DNA from: Bacteroidota bacterium
GTDB taxonomy: Bacteria > Bacteroidota > Bacteroidia > Flavobacteriales_D > Sanyastnellaceae
Reading direction: 5' to 3'
Assembly (NCBI GenBank): GCA_036159995.1
Contig: JAYYEI010000070.1
Span: forward strand, 11,928 to 75,927
Length of the DNA stretch: 64,000 nt
Part shown: positions 31,054 through 40,812 of the stretch, one piece after another
Numbering within the stretch: the first letter of the stretch is position 1
Layout: every line of letters starts with the position of its first letter
Notes under the pieces: generated by a model
What the model was told of the DNA's origin: nothing
The model's database searches: none
Seen by the model: the letters and a program-made list of their open reading frames with translations, nothing else
Made by a program: the position numbers and the translations under genes

Positions 31054-32454
31054 TCAGGCCTCGGGCACCTCGAGTTCTCCTTCGCTGTGGGCGATGAGGG
31101 TGGACACGGCGCCGTCACCGGTCACGTTGACCACGGTGCGGCACATGTCGAGGATGCGGTCGACGGGGAAGATGAGGGCGATCCACGCCGGATTCAATCC
31201 GACGCTTTCTAGGACGATGATCATCAGGACCAATCCGGCGCTGGGCACGGCCGCGGCCCCGATGGAGGCCAGGGTCGCGGTCAGGACGATCACCGCTTGC
31301 TGGGCGAGGCTGAGGTCCACCATGTGGAATTGGGCCAGCGACACCACGGCCACGGCCTGGTAGAGCGAGGTGCCGTCCATGTTCACCGTGGCGCCGATGG
31401 GCAGGACGAAGCTGGTGGTGCGTTCCGAGACGCCGATTCGGTTTCGGACGCAATCCATCGTCACCGGCAGCGTCGCGACGGAGCTCGAGGTGGAAAACGC
31501 CGTGATCTGCGCGTCACGCATCCCACGCATGAACTTCCGGTAGCCTAGCTTCTGGACCAGGATGGCCACCAGCGACGGGTAGAACAGGAAGACCATGAAG
31601 GCCAGGCCGAGCACCACGACCAGGCTGTATTGGAGCAGGTACTCCAGCAATTGCCGGAACATCTCGGGGTCACTGCCGGCGGCATTGACGATTTGGCCCG
31701 CCATCAGCGCGAAGACGAACAGGGGCATGGCCTTCATCACGATCCACACCATCTGCACGAAGACCTCATTCAGCGCTTCCACTGCTCGGGTCAGCGGGGC
31801 CGAGGTCTCTTTGGGCAGGCCAACCAGCACCACGCCGAAGAAGACGGCGAAGAAGATGATTTGGAGCATGGACATGTCGGCCAAAGCCCGGAAGATGTTG
31901 GTGGGCACCACGTCCACGAGGGGTTGAAGCGGGCCGCTGGACTTGGTCCGCTCGGCCTTGGTGAGCTTGTCCATGACCCAGTCATTCATTTGGACGGACT
32001 CGCCGGTGATCTCTTCGACCTTGGATTCGAGCCGAGGTTCGGTGAGCAGGTTGATGTCGTCCAGGACCTCGATGCCGTTGGCGTCCCGCCAGAGCTCGTA
32101 GCGGATCCGGTTGGATTCGAGCAGGTCCTCCGAGACCCGGGCACCGGGCTGGAACAGGTTGACAAGCAGAAGGCCAACCACGACGGCGGTCATCGTCGTC
32201 AGCAGATAGGTGATGACCGTTTTGATGCCGAGGCGGCCCAGTTTGGCTGGGTCGCCGAGGCTGGATACACCTGAAATGATGCTGAAGAGGACGAGGGGTA
32301 CTGCAATGAGCTTCAGGACATTGATGAAGATGTCTCCGAAGGGTTTGATGTAGTCAATGGTGAACTCGTTCCATCCGAATTGAATGGAGAGCCAGGCGTA
32401 CAGGACGCCGATTGCGAGGCCGATCAGGACTTGCCAATGGAGGGCGAGGCGCAT
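31054..32454 (-). CDS. dicarboxylate/amino acid:cation symporter (DAACS family, GltP-like)
   Basis: 466 aa, polytopic. Conserved segments [12 protein letters not shown] and GATVNMDGT are typical of the family. Confidence 0.9.
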   Translation of the reverse strand: MRLALHWQVLIGLAIGVLYAWLSIQFGWNEFTIDYIKPFGDIFINVLKLIAVPLVLFSIISGVSSLGDPAKLGRLGIKTVITYLLTTMTAVVVGLLLVNLFQPGARVSEDLLESNRIRYELWRDANGIEVLDDINLLTEPRLESKVEEITGESVQMNDWVMDKLTKAERTKSSGPLQPLVDVVPTNIFRALADMSMLQIIFFAVFFGVVLVGLPKETSAPLTRAVEALNEVFVQMVWIVMKAMPLFVFALMAGQIVNAAGSDPEMFRQLLEYLLQYSLVVVLGLAFMVFLFYPSLVAILVQKLGYRKFMRGMRDAQITAFSTSSSVATLPVTMDCVRNRIGVSERTTSFVLPIGATVNMDGTSLYQAVAVVSLAQFHMVDLSLAQQAVIVLTATLASIGAAAVPSAGLVLMIIVLESVGLNPAWIALIFPVDRILDMCRTVVNVTGDGAVSTLIAHSEGELEVPEA

Positions 32455-32492
32455 GGAGGGTGTTCGATTCGTTCGGGTCGCAAGCTACCGAT

Positions 32493-33584
32493 TCAGAGCC
32501 GGGCGGACCGCTGTCTCAGAGCGTGGTCGGCGAGCACGAGCAGGACCATGGCTTCGACGAGGGGCACGGCCCGGGGTAGGACGCAAGGGTCGTGCCGTCC
32601 CCGGCCGGCGACGCGGGTTGGGACGCCGTCCCGGTCAACGGTGCTCTGTTCTTCCACGATGGTGGCCACAGGCTTGAAGCCCACCCGAAGGACGATATCC
32701 TCTCCGTTGCTGATGCCGCCTTGGATGCCACCGCTGTGGTTGGTGGCGGTTCCGATGCCGCCTTCCTTGGCCACGAAGGCATCGTTGTGCTCCGAGCCCC
32801 GCATGAGGGTGCCGGAGAATCCACTGCCCAACTCGAGTCCCTTGACTGCCGGCAGGCTCCACAACGCCTTGGCGAGGTCGGCGTGCAGCTTGTCGAAGAC
32901 AGGTTCTCCCCAGCCAGCTGGGACGCCTTTGGCCACGACCGCCACGGCGCCTCCGATGGTGTCCCCGGACTTGCGGACTTCGCCGATGCGGTCGATCATG
33001 CGCTGGGCGGTCTCCGGATGGGGACAGCGGACGGGGGTTGCGTCCACCACGCCCGGAGCGTGATAGGCGGGTGCCTCCGGCATGGCGATGTCTTGCACGC
33101 GCTCCACATAGGCGGACACGGCGGGCGGAGTGTCGGGCAGAAGCTGCTCCAGCATCTGTCGGGCGATGGCGCCGGCCACCACCCGGCTCACGGTTTCCCG
33201 TGCGCTGGCCCGGCCACCGCCGCGGTGGTCACGGTGCCCATACTTGGCATCGTAGGTGAAGTCAGCGTGGCTCGGGCGATAGCGGTCGGCGAGGTGGTCA
33301 TAATCGCCACTGCGCGCATCGCCGTTGGGGACCGTGAATCCGATGGGCGTTCCCGTGGTGCGTCCTTCATGAACGCCGGACAACAGGGTGACCTGATCGG
33401 ACTCTTTTCTCTGGGTGGTCAGGGCGCTTTGGCCTGGCCGTCTTCGGTCGAGTTCGGCCTGGATCCGGTCGAGGTTGAGGACGACGCCGGCGGGGACACC
33501 ATCGACGATGCCGCCCATGGCGGTCCCGTGGGATTCACCGAATGTGGTCAAGCGGAAAATGGAACCGAAGGCGTTGCCGGGCAT
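32493..33584 (-). CDS. aroC: chorismate synthase
   Basis: 363 aa. N-terminus NAFGSIFRLTTFGESHG and GRHDPCV near the C-terminus. Confidence 0.95.
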   Translation of the reverse strand: MPGNAFGSIFRLTTFGESHGTAMGGIVDGVPAGVVLNLDRIQAELDRRRPGQSALTTQRKESDQVTLLSGVHEGRTTGTPIGFTVPNGDARSGDYDHLADRYRPSHADFTYDAKYGHRDHRGGGRASARETVSRVVAGAIARQMLEQLLPDTPPAVSAYVERVQDIAMPEAPAYHAPGVVDATPVRCPHPETAQRMIDRIGEVRKSGDTIGGAVAVVAKGVPAGWGEPVFDKLHADLAKALWSLPAVKGLELGSGFSGTLMRGSEHNDAFVAKEGGIGTATNHSGGIQGGISNGEDIVLRVGFKPVATIVEEQSTVDRDGVPTRVAGRGRHDPCVLPRAVPLVEAMVLLVLADHALRQRSARL

Positions 33585-33588
33585 GGTG

Positions 33589-33596
33589 CAAAGGTA
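33589..33596 (-). promoter_or_regulatory. putative -7 promoter box TACCTTTG for aroC
   Basis: Exact canonical TAnnTTTG on the minus strand, 4 nt (cacc) before ATG 33584. Confidence 0.5.
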
Positions 33597-33634
33597 CGAG
33601 GGCAGGTCGCGTCGGATTGTGCGACCTTGTGGCC

Positions 33635-34900
33635 ATGGAAAGCGGATTTGCGCGCGGACGCCTGCTGATCAAGGACATCGGCCATCTGGTCGGTTTTGGA
33701 ACGACCTCCTGGGGTCCCTTGAAGGGGGCCGATATGCGGCAGCTTCCCGTGATGGAGGACGCCTGGTTGGCCATCGAGGATGGCCGGATCATTGATGGGG
33801 GCGCGATGGCGGAATTTCCCGGCATCACGGATTGGAATGGCCTGGAGGTTGTGGAGGCGTCTGGCCGGTTGGTCCTGCCTTCGTGGGTGGACAGCCACAC
33901 GCACCTGGTCCATGCCGCTTCGCGGGAGCGGGAGTTCGTGGACCGCATCCGGGGCCTGAGCTATCAGGAGATCGCGGCCCGGGGAGGCGGCATCTTGAAC
34001 AGTGCCAGGGCGTTGCGCGACATGAGTGAGGACGCGCTGTTTGACGTGTCCCTCGAGCGGATGGAGCGTCTGATGCGCATGGGCACAGGGGCGATTGAGA
34101 TCAAATCCGGCTATGGGCTCGACCTCGAGTCCGAACTCAAGATGCTGCGCGTGGCGCGGCGGTTAGGCGCCCTGGATCGGATTCCGGTCAAGACCACCTT
34201 CCTCGGCTGCCATGCCGTGCCGGAGGGATGGTCGGATGCCATGGCTTACACGCGGCACATGGTGGAAGAGGTGCTCCCTGCGGTGACAGAGGAGAACCTG
34301 GCCGACCACGTCGACATCTTTTGTGAGGACGGGTATTTCGGATTGGAGGAAACCCGGCTGCTGCTCGAGCAGGCCCGACTGCGTGGGCTGCCGGCCAAGG
34401 TCCACGTCAACCAGTTCACGGCTGGCGGAGGCGTGGCCCTGTGTGTCGAAATGGGCGCGCTGAGCGTAGATCATCTCGAGGTGCTCGAAGCGGAGGACGT
34501 GGCCGAGTTGGCCTCCAGCGAGACAATGCCAGTCGCGCTTCCCCTGTGTTCGCTCTTCCTGGATCTGCCTTACACGCCGGGTCGAACGCTGGTGGATGCT
34601 GGGTGTGCCCTCGCCATCGCGACGGACTTTAATCCGGGGTCGGCTCCGTCGGGCAACCTGCATCTGGCGGCGTCTCTGGGCTGTCTCCGGATGGGGCTCG
34701 AACCGATCGAAGCCCTCGCGGCGGCGACCGTCAATGGCGCGGCGGCCTTGGGGCTGTCCGACCAAGTGGGTGGACTGGCCGTCGGTCAGGAAGCCAGCCT
34801 GATTGTCACGCGCCCACTGCGTTCGCTGGACGAGGCGCTTTATGCCTTTGGGGACCCCCTCGCGGACCGGGTCCTGGCTCGCGGCCACTGGGTCTCCTGA
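33635..34900 (+). CDS. hutI: imidazolonepropionase
   Basis: Start at ATG 33635 (MESGFARGRLLIKDIGHLV). Amidohydrolase metal motif WVDSHTHLVHA, later HVNQF and ATDFNPGS. Confidence 0.9.
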   Translation: MESGFARGRLLIKDIGHLVGFGTTSWGPLKGADMRQLPVMEDAWLAIEDGRIIDGGAMAEFPGITDWNGLEVVEASGRLVLPSWVDSHTHLVHAASREREFVDRIRGLSYQEIAARGGGILNSARALRDMSEDALFDVSLERMERLMRMGTGAIEIKSGYGLDLESELKMLRVARRLGALDRIPVKTTFLGCHAVPEGWSDAMAYTRHMVEEVLPAVTEENLADHVDIFCEDGYFGLEETRLLLEQARLRGLPAKVHVNQFTAGGGVALCVEMGALSVDHLEVLEAEDVAELASSETMPVALPLCSLFLDLPYTPGRTLVDAGCALAIATDFNPGSAPSGNLHLAASLGCLRMGLEPIEALAAATVNGAAALGLSDQVGGLAVGQEASLIVTRPLRSLDEALYAFGDPLADRVLARGHWVS

Positions 34901-34960
34901 ACCCTTTCGTATCTTGTTGTGTTGACCAAACACCCCTCGAAAGGGAGGGTGGAAGCGGTG

Positions 34961-37822
34961 ATGAAGAACCTGAAATTCTCTGTGTGCTGGCTCAGCCTGA
35001 TCGTGTGGACCGGAGTGTCCCTTGGTCAGAGCTCGTCGTTCACGGACCACAGTGTGCAGGCGGGATTGGCGGGGAACTATCTCAATCATACGGCCTCTGT
35101 GGCGGATTATGATTTGGACGGGGACCTCGACGTTTACGTGGGGAGTCGGTTGGCCACCAATACGTTGTACCGCAATGAGGGCAATGCGGAATTCGTCGCT
35201 GTTGAGGCCGGAGTGGAGGATGGTGGGTTCACCATGGCGTCGCTTTTTTACGACTACGACAACGACGGGGACCCTGATCTGTTCAGCTGCAATACGGGAG
35301 ATGCCAATCGCTTCTGGCGCAATGACGGCGGCACCTTCACGGAGATCACGGACGAATTGGGGGTGGGGACGGAAGGCCAATGCCGGAGTGCCCATGCCGC
35401 GGACGTCAACCTGGATGGCTGGCTCGACCTCTACGTCGTCAACATGAACCAGCCCAACGAATTCTGGATGTCGGACGGAGAGGGGGGCTACACGGATGGC
35501 TACTTTGCTTCCGGTGCCTTCGACAACCTGATCGGAATGGGGGCCCTGTTCCTCGACATCGAGAACGATGGGGATCTGGACCTGTATCTGACCCACGACG
35601 GGAATCAGGCCAACAAGCTCTACATCAACGATGGCACAGGGTCGTTCACGGACGAGGCGCCCGCTTGGGGCCTTGACCTCGGAGCGCAGGGCATGGGGGT
35701 GGACGCCACGGACCTCGACCACGACGGCTACCTGGACCTGTACATCTCCAACAACCTGCCCAACGACCTCTTTCTCAATCCGGGACCCCAGCCGGAAGAC
35801 GGCAGCATCCTGCCCTTCACGAACATCACGGAGACGGCCGGAGTCGGAGACTGGGGCATGGGCTGGGGCACGGCCTTCATCGACCACGACCACGACGGGG
35901 AACGCGACCTGTATGTGGCCAACGAGTATTTCTTCAGTCCCTATCCGAACCTGCTCTACCACAACAACGGGGACCTGACGTTCACCGACATCGCTCCGGG
36001 CGAGGCCATAGAAAGCCAATTCAGCGGATATGCCACGGTGGTGGCGGACTTCGATGTGAACGGAACGGAGGATTTGTTGGTGGTCAATACACTCGTCAGC
36101 ACCAACCCGGGTTGCCAGCTGTTCCTCAATGAGGATCTGGAGCACCATTGGATCGGGTTCGAACTCGAGGGGGTGGTGTCTCCACGCGATGCGGCGGGCG
36201 CCCGGGTGGTGGTCCATGCCGCCCCGGATTTCGTGCGCACCGACCAGAGTTTCATCGGATACAGCTACAGTTCCTGCGGTCCGCTGACCTTCAACTTCGG
36301 CCTGGCGGACCACACTTCCGTGGACAGCGTCGAGTTCTTCTGGCCCAGCGGCCTTCGGACGGTGATGCTGGACCCTGCAGTCGATGCGTATCACACGGTT
36401 CTTGAAACGCCCTGTCTCGGCCTCTCTCCCGAGCTGGACTGGCCTCTGCAAGCAGAGCTCTGCCCGGGAGACTCCCTCGTCCTGACGGTCCCGGATGGCT
36501 GGACGGCGTCTTCCTGGACGGGTGGCGTGGAGGGCGCTGATGGCCGGGTCTTCACCGAGCCTGGCATCGCCCAGGCCTTGTTGTCGGCTGGAGAGGGGTG
36601 CACGGTTCTGTCTCCGGCCCTCGACATCTCCGTGATTCCGGCGCAGCCTCCAGTGGTCCAACTGGATGGCCCAGCGAAATTCTGTTCCGGGACCATCCGC
36701 GCGTTGACCGTGGCAGGAGATCAGCTGGACGTGCTCTGGTCCAATGGGGTCTCGGCGGACACGCTGTTCATGGCGTCTTCGGATACCCTGACGGTGCAGA
36801 CCACCAACCTCTGTGGATACATCGACATTTCAGATCCTGTCGAACTCTTCGTCTTCGATTCACCGCTGGAGCCCATCGTGCCGGAGGCCGTGGTGCCGAC
36901 TGGGACCTCGCACACGTTTGAGCCCATCGTGCTGGACGATGCCGTCCTGCGCTGGTATGCCCCTTGGGGACCGACGGCGTGGGAGGACCTGCTGGCCGGC
37001 ATGACCGAGACGTTGGGCCCGTTCATTTCTCAGGGCCCCACCTTCACGACGGTGCCGCTCGGGGTCAGCACCGGCTGGTGGGTTCAGGCCCAGGCCCAAC
37101 GGGACGTCCGGGAAGGAACCGGAGGCAAGACGACGAGTTCTTCTGGGGGCTTCATTGATTCGGACACCTACGGACTCCGGTTTGATGTCCATGAGCCCAT
37201 TGTCCTGGAGACGGTCCGCATGCGGGCCGAAAGTGCCGGTCCGCGGCTTGTCCGGGTGTCCCTGCCACAGGTTGGGGAAATCCTGAGCACGGTGGTCATC
37301 CTCCAGCCGGGTTGGAACACGGTGCAGCTTGACTTCGAACTGGAACCGGGCTTGGACTATGCGCTGACGGCGGAAGCCGAGGAGCTGGGGCTGTGGCGGG
37401 ACAATGCGGCGGGCGAGCTGTCTTACCCCTACGACGTCGGGGGCATGGCGACCATCCAGTCCACGACGATTCCCAATGCGGCGGGCCTCGGCTATTACTA
37501 TTTCTTCTATGACTGGACTGTCCGAAGCCAGGGCATCACGTGCACCAGCGAGCCCGTGGTGGCCTTTGTGGAAGTGGTCGACGGCGTATCTGGGTGCACG
37601 TATGCCTTTGCGGCCAACTACAACGCCCTGGCCACGCTCGACGACGGCAGCTGTGTCCTTGCCGGTTGCCTCGATCCCGCCGCGGTCAATTACGACCCGG
37701 ATGCGACGGTGGACGACGGAAGCTGTGCCCTTCAATGTGCCAGTGACATCAACGGAGATGGGCAGATTGGAGCGCCCGACCTGTTGACATTGTTGTCTCA
37801 ATGGGGCAGTGCCTGCGACTGA
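34961..37822 (+). CDS. secreted FG-GAP/VCBS repeat protein (CRTAC1/ASPIC-UnbV-like) with C-terminal Cys modules
   Basis: Start at ATG 34961 (MKNLKFSVCWLSLIVWTGVSLGQ). Repeated DxDxDGxxD FG-GAP units (DYDLDGDLDVY, DYDNDGDPDLF, DVNLDGWLDLY, DIENDGDLDLY, DLDHDGYLDLY, DHDHDGERDLY), an ASPIC/UnbV-like segment, then NY..DDGSC modules and a dockerin-like DINGDG segment. Confidence 0.8.
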   Translation: MKNLKFSVCWLSLIVWTGVSLGQSSSFTDHSVQAGLAGNYLNHTASVADYDLDGDLDVYVGSRLATNTLYRNEGNAEFVAVEAGVEDGGFTMASLFYDYDNDGDPDLFSCNTGDANRFWRNDGGTFTEITDELGVGTEGQCRSAHAADVNLDGWLDLYVVNMNQPNEFWMSDGEGGYTDGYFASGAFDNLIGMGALFLDIENDGDLDLYLTHDGNQANKLYINDGTGSFTDEAPAWGLDLGAQGMGVDATDLDHDGYLDLYISNNLPNDLFLNPGPQPEDGSILPFTNITETAGVGDWGMGWGTAFIDHDHDGERDLYVANEYFFSPYPNLLYHNNGDLTFTDIAPGEAIESQFSGYATVVADFDVNGTEDLLVVNTLVSTNPGCQLFLNEDLEHHWIGFELEGVVSPRDAAGARVVVHAAPDFVRTDQSFIGYSYSSCGPLTFNFGLADHTSVDSVEFFWPSGLRTVMLDPAVDAYHTVLETPCLGLSPELDWPLQAELCPGDSLVLTVPDGWTASSWTGGVEGADGRVFTEPGIAQALLSAGEGCTVLSPALDISVIPAQPPVVQLDGPAKFCSGTIRALTVAGDQLDVLWSNGVSADTLFMASSDTLTVQTTNLCGYIDISDPVELFVFDSPLEPIVPEAVVPTGTSHTFEPIVLDDAVLRWYAPWGPTAWEDLLAGMTETLGPFISQGPTFTTVPLGVSTGWWVQAQAQRDVREGTGGKTTSSSGGFIDSDTYGLRFDVHEPIVLETVRMRAESAGPRLVRVSLPQVGEILSTVVILQPGWNTVQLDFELEPGLDYALTAEAEELGLWRDNAAGELSYPYDVGGMATIQSTTIPNAAGLGYYYFFYDWTVRSQGITCTSEPVVAFVEVVDGVSGCTYAFAANYNALATLDDGSCVLAGCLDPAAVNYDPDATVDDGSCALQCASDINGDGQIGAPDLLTLLSQWGSACD

Positions 37823-37858
37823 AAGACGCAGTAGTTTGGCGGACGCAAATCCGCCATC

Positions 37859-39559
37859 ATGACCACCCGACTCATCGAATGCGTCCCCAACATCAGCGAG
37901 GGACGCGACCGTGCCAAGATTGACGCCATTGCGGCTGTCGTCGAAACGGTCGAGGGCGTCCGCCTGTTGGACGTCGACCCAGGCAATTCGACCCACCGCA
38001 CGGTGATCACCTTCGTGGGGCCGCCCGAGACCATCGTCGAAGCCGCCTTCCGCCTGATCAAGAAGGCCGGTGAGCTCATCGACATGTCCAAGCACCACGG
38101 TGAGCATCCCCGCATGGGGGCCACGGACGTCTGTCCGTTCGTTCCCGTGGCCGGCGTGACAATGGAGGATTGCAAGGCCGCCGCCCATGCGCTGGGCAAG
38201 CGGGTCGGAGAGGAGCTGGGCATTCCCGGTTATTTCTATGAAGAGGCCGCCACGTCGCCTGAGCGTCAGAACCTGGCCCATTGTCGGAAGGGCGAGTACG
38301 AGGGGCTCGACAAGCTCTCGGATCCGGCTTGGGCGCCTGACTTCGGTCCGTCCCAGTTCAATGAGCGCGCCCGCACCACTGGAGCCACGGCCATCGGCGC
38401 CCGCGATTTCCTCGTGGCCTACAACATCAACCTAAACACCACGTCCTCCCGCCGGGCCAATGCGGTGGCCTTCGACCTGCGCGAGAACGGCCGCGTGAAG
38501 CGGGAAGGCGGTGTGACCGGTCCCGTCGTGAACGATGCGGAGGGAAACCCGATGCGCGAGCCGGGTCTCTTGAAGTGCGTCAAAGGAATCGGATGGTACA
38601 TCGAGGAATATGGCATCGCCCAATTGTCCCTCAACCTCACCAACATCTCCGTGACCACCGTCCACGAAGCCTTCGATGCCGCGTGCGAGCGCTCAATCGC
38701 CCGGGGGATGCGCGTGACGGGAAGTGAAATCGTCGGCTTGATCCCCAAGCGCGTCCTGATTGACGCGGCCCACCATTACCTGCGCAAGCAGAACCGAAGC
38801 CTGGGCATCAGCGAGGCGGAAAAGGTCAAGGTCGCGGTCAAGTCGCTTGGACTTGATGATCTCGCGCCATTCGATGCTCGCAAGCGGGTCATTGAATACC
38901 TGTTGGAGGATGCCGGGGGCAATCTGGCGCCGCTGGCGTCCATGACGCTGACGGAATTTGCCGAGGAGACGGCGAGCGAGAGCCCGGCACCCGGAGGCGG
39001 CTCGATTTCCGCCTATGTCGGTGCGCTGGGCGTGTCCCTCGGGACCATGGTTGCCAATCTCAGCGCCCACAAGCGCGGATGGGACGACCGTTGGGAGGCC
39101 TTCAGTGAGGTGGCCGAGCGGGGCATGGCCCTGCAGGTCCGTCTCCTCCAGTTGGTCGATGAGGACACCGCGGCGTTTGACGCGATCATGGCCGCCTTTG
39201 GCATGCCCAAAGGCAACGAGGCTCAGAAGGCGGAGCGGTCTGCGGCCATCCAGGCGGCGACCCTCGGAGCCATGGAAACCCCGCTGGAGGTGGCGGAACT
39301 TGCCCTCGCGTCGATGGAGGTGATGGCGGACATGGCCGAGCGCGGCAATCCAAACTCGGTGACCGATGCCGGGGTCGGCGCGCTGTGTGCGCGGACGGCC
39401 GTGCTGGGTGCCGTGATGAACGTCCGGGTCAATGCAGCCGACCTGAAGGATCGGGTCAAGGCCGAGGAGATGCTTGCCCGGTGCACTGAGCTGGAGCGGG
39501 GGGCCGAGGAAAAGGAAGCGGCCGTGCGCGCCCGGGTGGCCGCGGTGCTGGCCGGCTGA
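37859..39559 (+). CDS. ftcD: bifunctional glutamate formimidoyltransferase / formimidoyltetrahydrofolate cyclodeaminase
   Basis: 566 aa. N-terminus LIECVPNISEGRD (formiminotransferase). C-terminal cyclodeaminase segment SPAPGGGSISAYVGALG. Confidence 0.88.
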   Translation: MTTRLIECVPNISEGRDRAKIDAIAAVVETVEGVRLLDVDPGNSTHRTVITFVGPPETIVEAAFRLIKKAGELIDMSKHHGEHPRMGATDVCPFVPVAGVTMEDCKAAAHALGKRVGEELGIPGYFYEEAATSPERQNLAHCRKGEYEGLDKLSDPAWAPDFGPSQFNERARTTGATAIGARDFLVAYNINLNTTSSRRANAVAFDLRENGRVKREGGVTGPVVNDAEGNPMREPGLLKCVKGIGWYIEEYGIAQLSLNLTNISVTTVHEAFDAACERSIARGMRVTGSEIVGLIPKRVLIDAAHHYLRKQNRSLGISEAEKVKVAVKSLGLDDLAPFDARKRVIEYLLEDAGGNLAPLASMTLTEFAEETASESPAPGGGSISAYVGALGVSLGTMVANLSAHKRGWDDRWEAFSEVAERGMALQVRLLQLVDEDTAAFDAIMAAFGMPKGNEAQKAERSAAIQAATLGAMETPLEVAELALASMEVMADMAERGNPNSVTDAGVGALCARTAVLGAVMNVRVNAADLKDRVKAEEMLARCTELERGAEEKEAAVRARVAAVLAG

Positions 39560-39561
39560 GT

Positions 39562-40314
39562 TCAGGATTCCGAGTCCGGCGGGAGGCCAGCCTCTTCGTT
39601 GGCAATGGCCTTGCGGATGGCCTTCGCGAGGGAGGCCACGCGCTTGGCGTCTACGGGATAGAGTTCCCCTTCGAACCAGCGGCCCTCGTGGGCCACGCCG
39701 GCGCTATGCCGCGCTGAGGCCCGGAAGCAGGACAATCCGGCAGACCACATGCGTGCGGCCCCATGTGGTAGCACCGCTCCTGAGGCGTAGACGTCAAAAT
39801 CCACGCGGGATTGCCAGTCAACCAGGTCCTCGTGTCCCTTGATGGCGTTGCCTTTTCCCGCGCTGGAGGCCAACCCGGCCACTGGCATGCCGGACAGGCG
39901 CTCGAAATCGCGATGGGGCTTTTTGGCGCTGTCCAGCGCGCGTCCCACCATCAATTTCTCTCCTCCGAAGCGCTGGATGGCCTTTTCCAGTAAGTCGAAG
40001 TCAAACTCGAGGTGGGCATTGAGTCCTCCGATCAGGACGTTCTGGGCGCCCTGTTCGAGGCACCATTCGGCATCCTGGAGGATGATGTCCTTTTCGGAAG
40101 CGCTGTAGACGAGGTGCCCCTCCCTGGGACGGAGGGCGACGACGACCGGCAGATCGGTCGCAGCGAGGCAGCTCCGGATGGTTCCGGGCGAGGGGGTGAC
40201 CCCGCCTGCAGTGTAGCACCCTGCGAGTTCGATCCGGGTGGCCCCGCTGCGTTGGGCCCGGGACACATCGCCAGGCGTGCTGCAGATGATCTGAATCTCG
40301 AAGGGGGATTCCAT
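39562..40314 (-). CDS. cutC: copper homeostasis protein CutC family
   Basis: Start at ATG 40314 (MESPFEIQIICSTPGDVSRAQRSGATRIELAGC). About 250 aa, TIM-barrel CutC-like pattern. Confidence 0.75.
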   Translation of the reverse strand: MESPFEIQIICSTPGDVSRAQRSGATRIELAGCYTAGGVTPSPGTIRSCLAATDLPVVVALRPREGHLVYSASEKDIILQDAEWCLEQGAQNVLIGGLNAHLEFDFDLLEKAIQRFGGEKLMVGRALDSAKKPHRDFERLSGMPVAGLASSAGKGNAIKGHEDLVDWQSRVDFDVYASGAVLPHGAARMWSAGLSCFRASARHSAGVAHEGRWFEGELYPVDAKRVASLAKAIRKAIANEEAGLPPDSES

Positions 40315-40347
40315 GGAGCGTGAAGATACGGAGGGGTGGGCCCGAAC

Positions 40348-40381
40348 GCAGAGAAGCCGGACAACGGCCCGGCTTCTCTGC
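40348..40381 (-). terminator. strong hairpin downstream of rplS (putative terminator without U-tract)
   Basis: Perfect 13-bp inverted repeat GCAGAGAAGCCGG / CCGGCTTCTCTGC (40348-40360 / 40369-40381) with an 8-nt loop. It lies 18 nt after the rplS stop and just upstream of the cutC promoter-like box. Confidence 0.6.
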
Positions 40382-40398
40382 ATTTGGTGAAGGTCTGA

Positions 40399-40761
40399 TT
40401 ACTTGGCCTTCTGGAAGGAGCGCTTCTCCTTGATGCGGGCGCTCTTGCCCGTGAGTCCGCGCAGGTAGTAGATCCGCGCGCGGCGCACCTTACCCACTTT
40501 CATCACTTCGATGCCCTCGAGGAAGGGGCTGCCGATCGGGAAGACCCGCTCGACGCCGACTCCGGAGGCCATCTTCCGAACGGTGAACGTTTCGGTGGCG
40601 CCTTCGCCACGACGCTGGATGACAGTGCCCTGGAAGACCTGGGTGCGCTCCTTGGAGCCCTCCTTGATCTTGTAGCTCACCTTGATGGTGTCGCCGGCCT
40701 TGAAGTCGGGCCAGTCCTGCACGTTGTTGAGCTGCTGGGAGATTTGACGAAGACGATCCAT
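40399..40761 (-). CDS. rplS: 50S ribosomal protein L19
   Basis: Start at ATG 40761 ([10 protein letters not shown]...). [51 protein letters not shown]. Confidence 0.95.
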   Translation of the reverse strand: MDRLRQISQQLNNVQDWPDFKAGDTIKVSYKIKEGSKERTQVFQGTVIQRRGEGATETFTVRKMASGVGVERVFPIGSPFLEGIEVMKVGKVRRARIYYLRGLTGKSARIKEKRSFQKAK

Positions 40762-40812
40762 GACGATGGGAATGTAGGTGTCCGAATTAACGGGGTGCAA
40801 TATTACGAAACT

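Noticed and set aside
37740-37822. Dockerin-like DINGDGQIGAPDLLTLLSQWG segment interpreted as a cellulosome dockerin
   Set aside because: There is a single EF-hand-like repeat rather than the duplicated dockerin module, and no cohesin or glycoside hydrolase context in the window. I treat it only as a probable Ca-binding segment.
37838-37855. Hairpin GGCGGA-cgcaaa-TCCGCC between the FG-GAP gene and ftcD, considered as a terminator or translational control element
   Set aside because: It has only a 6-bp stem and no U-tract, and it overlaps the putative ftcD promoter box, so it would not be fully transcribed from that promoter. The evidence is insufficient.
34163-38281. 832-aa and 473-aa minus-strand ORFs antisense to hutI, the FG-GAP protein and ftcD
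   Set aside because: The sense-strand products carry strong family motifs (DSHTHLV, FG-GAP DxDxDG arrays, ECVPNISEGRD). The antisense products have none.
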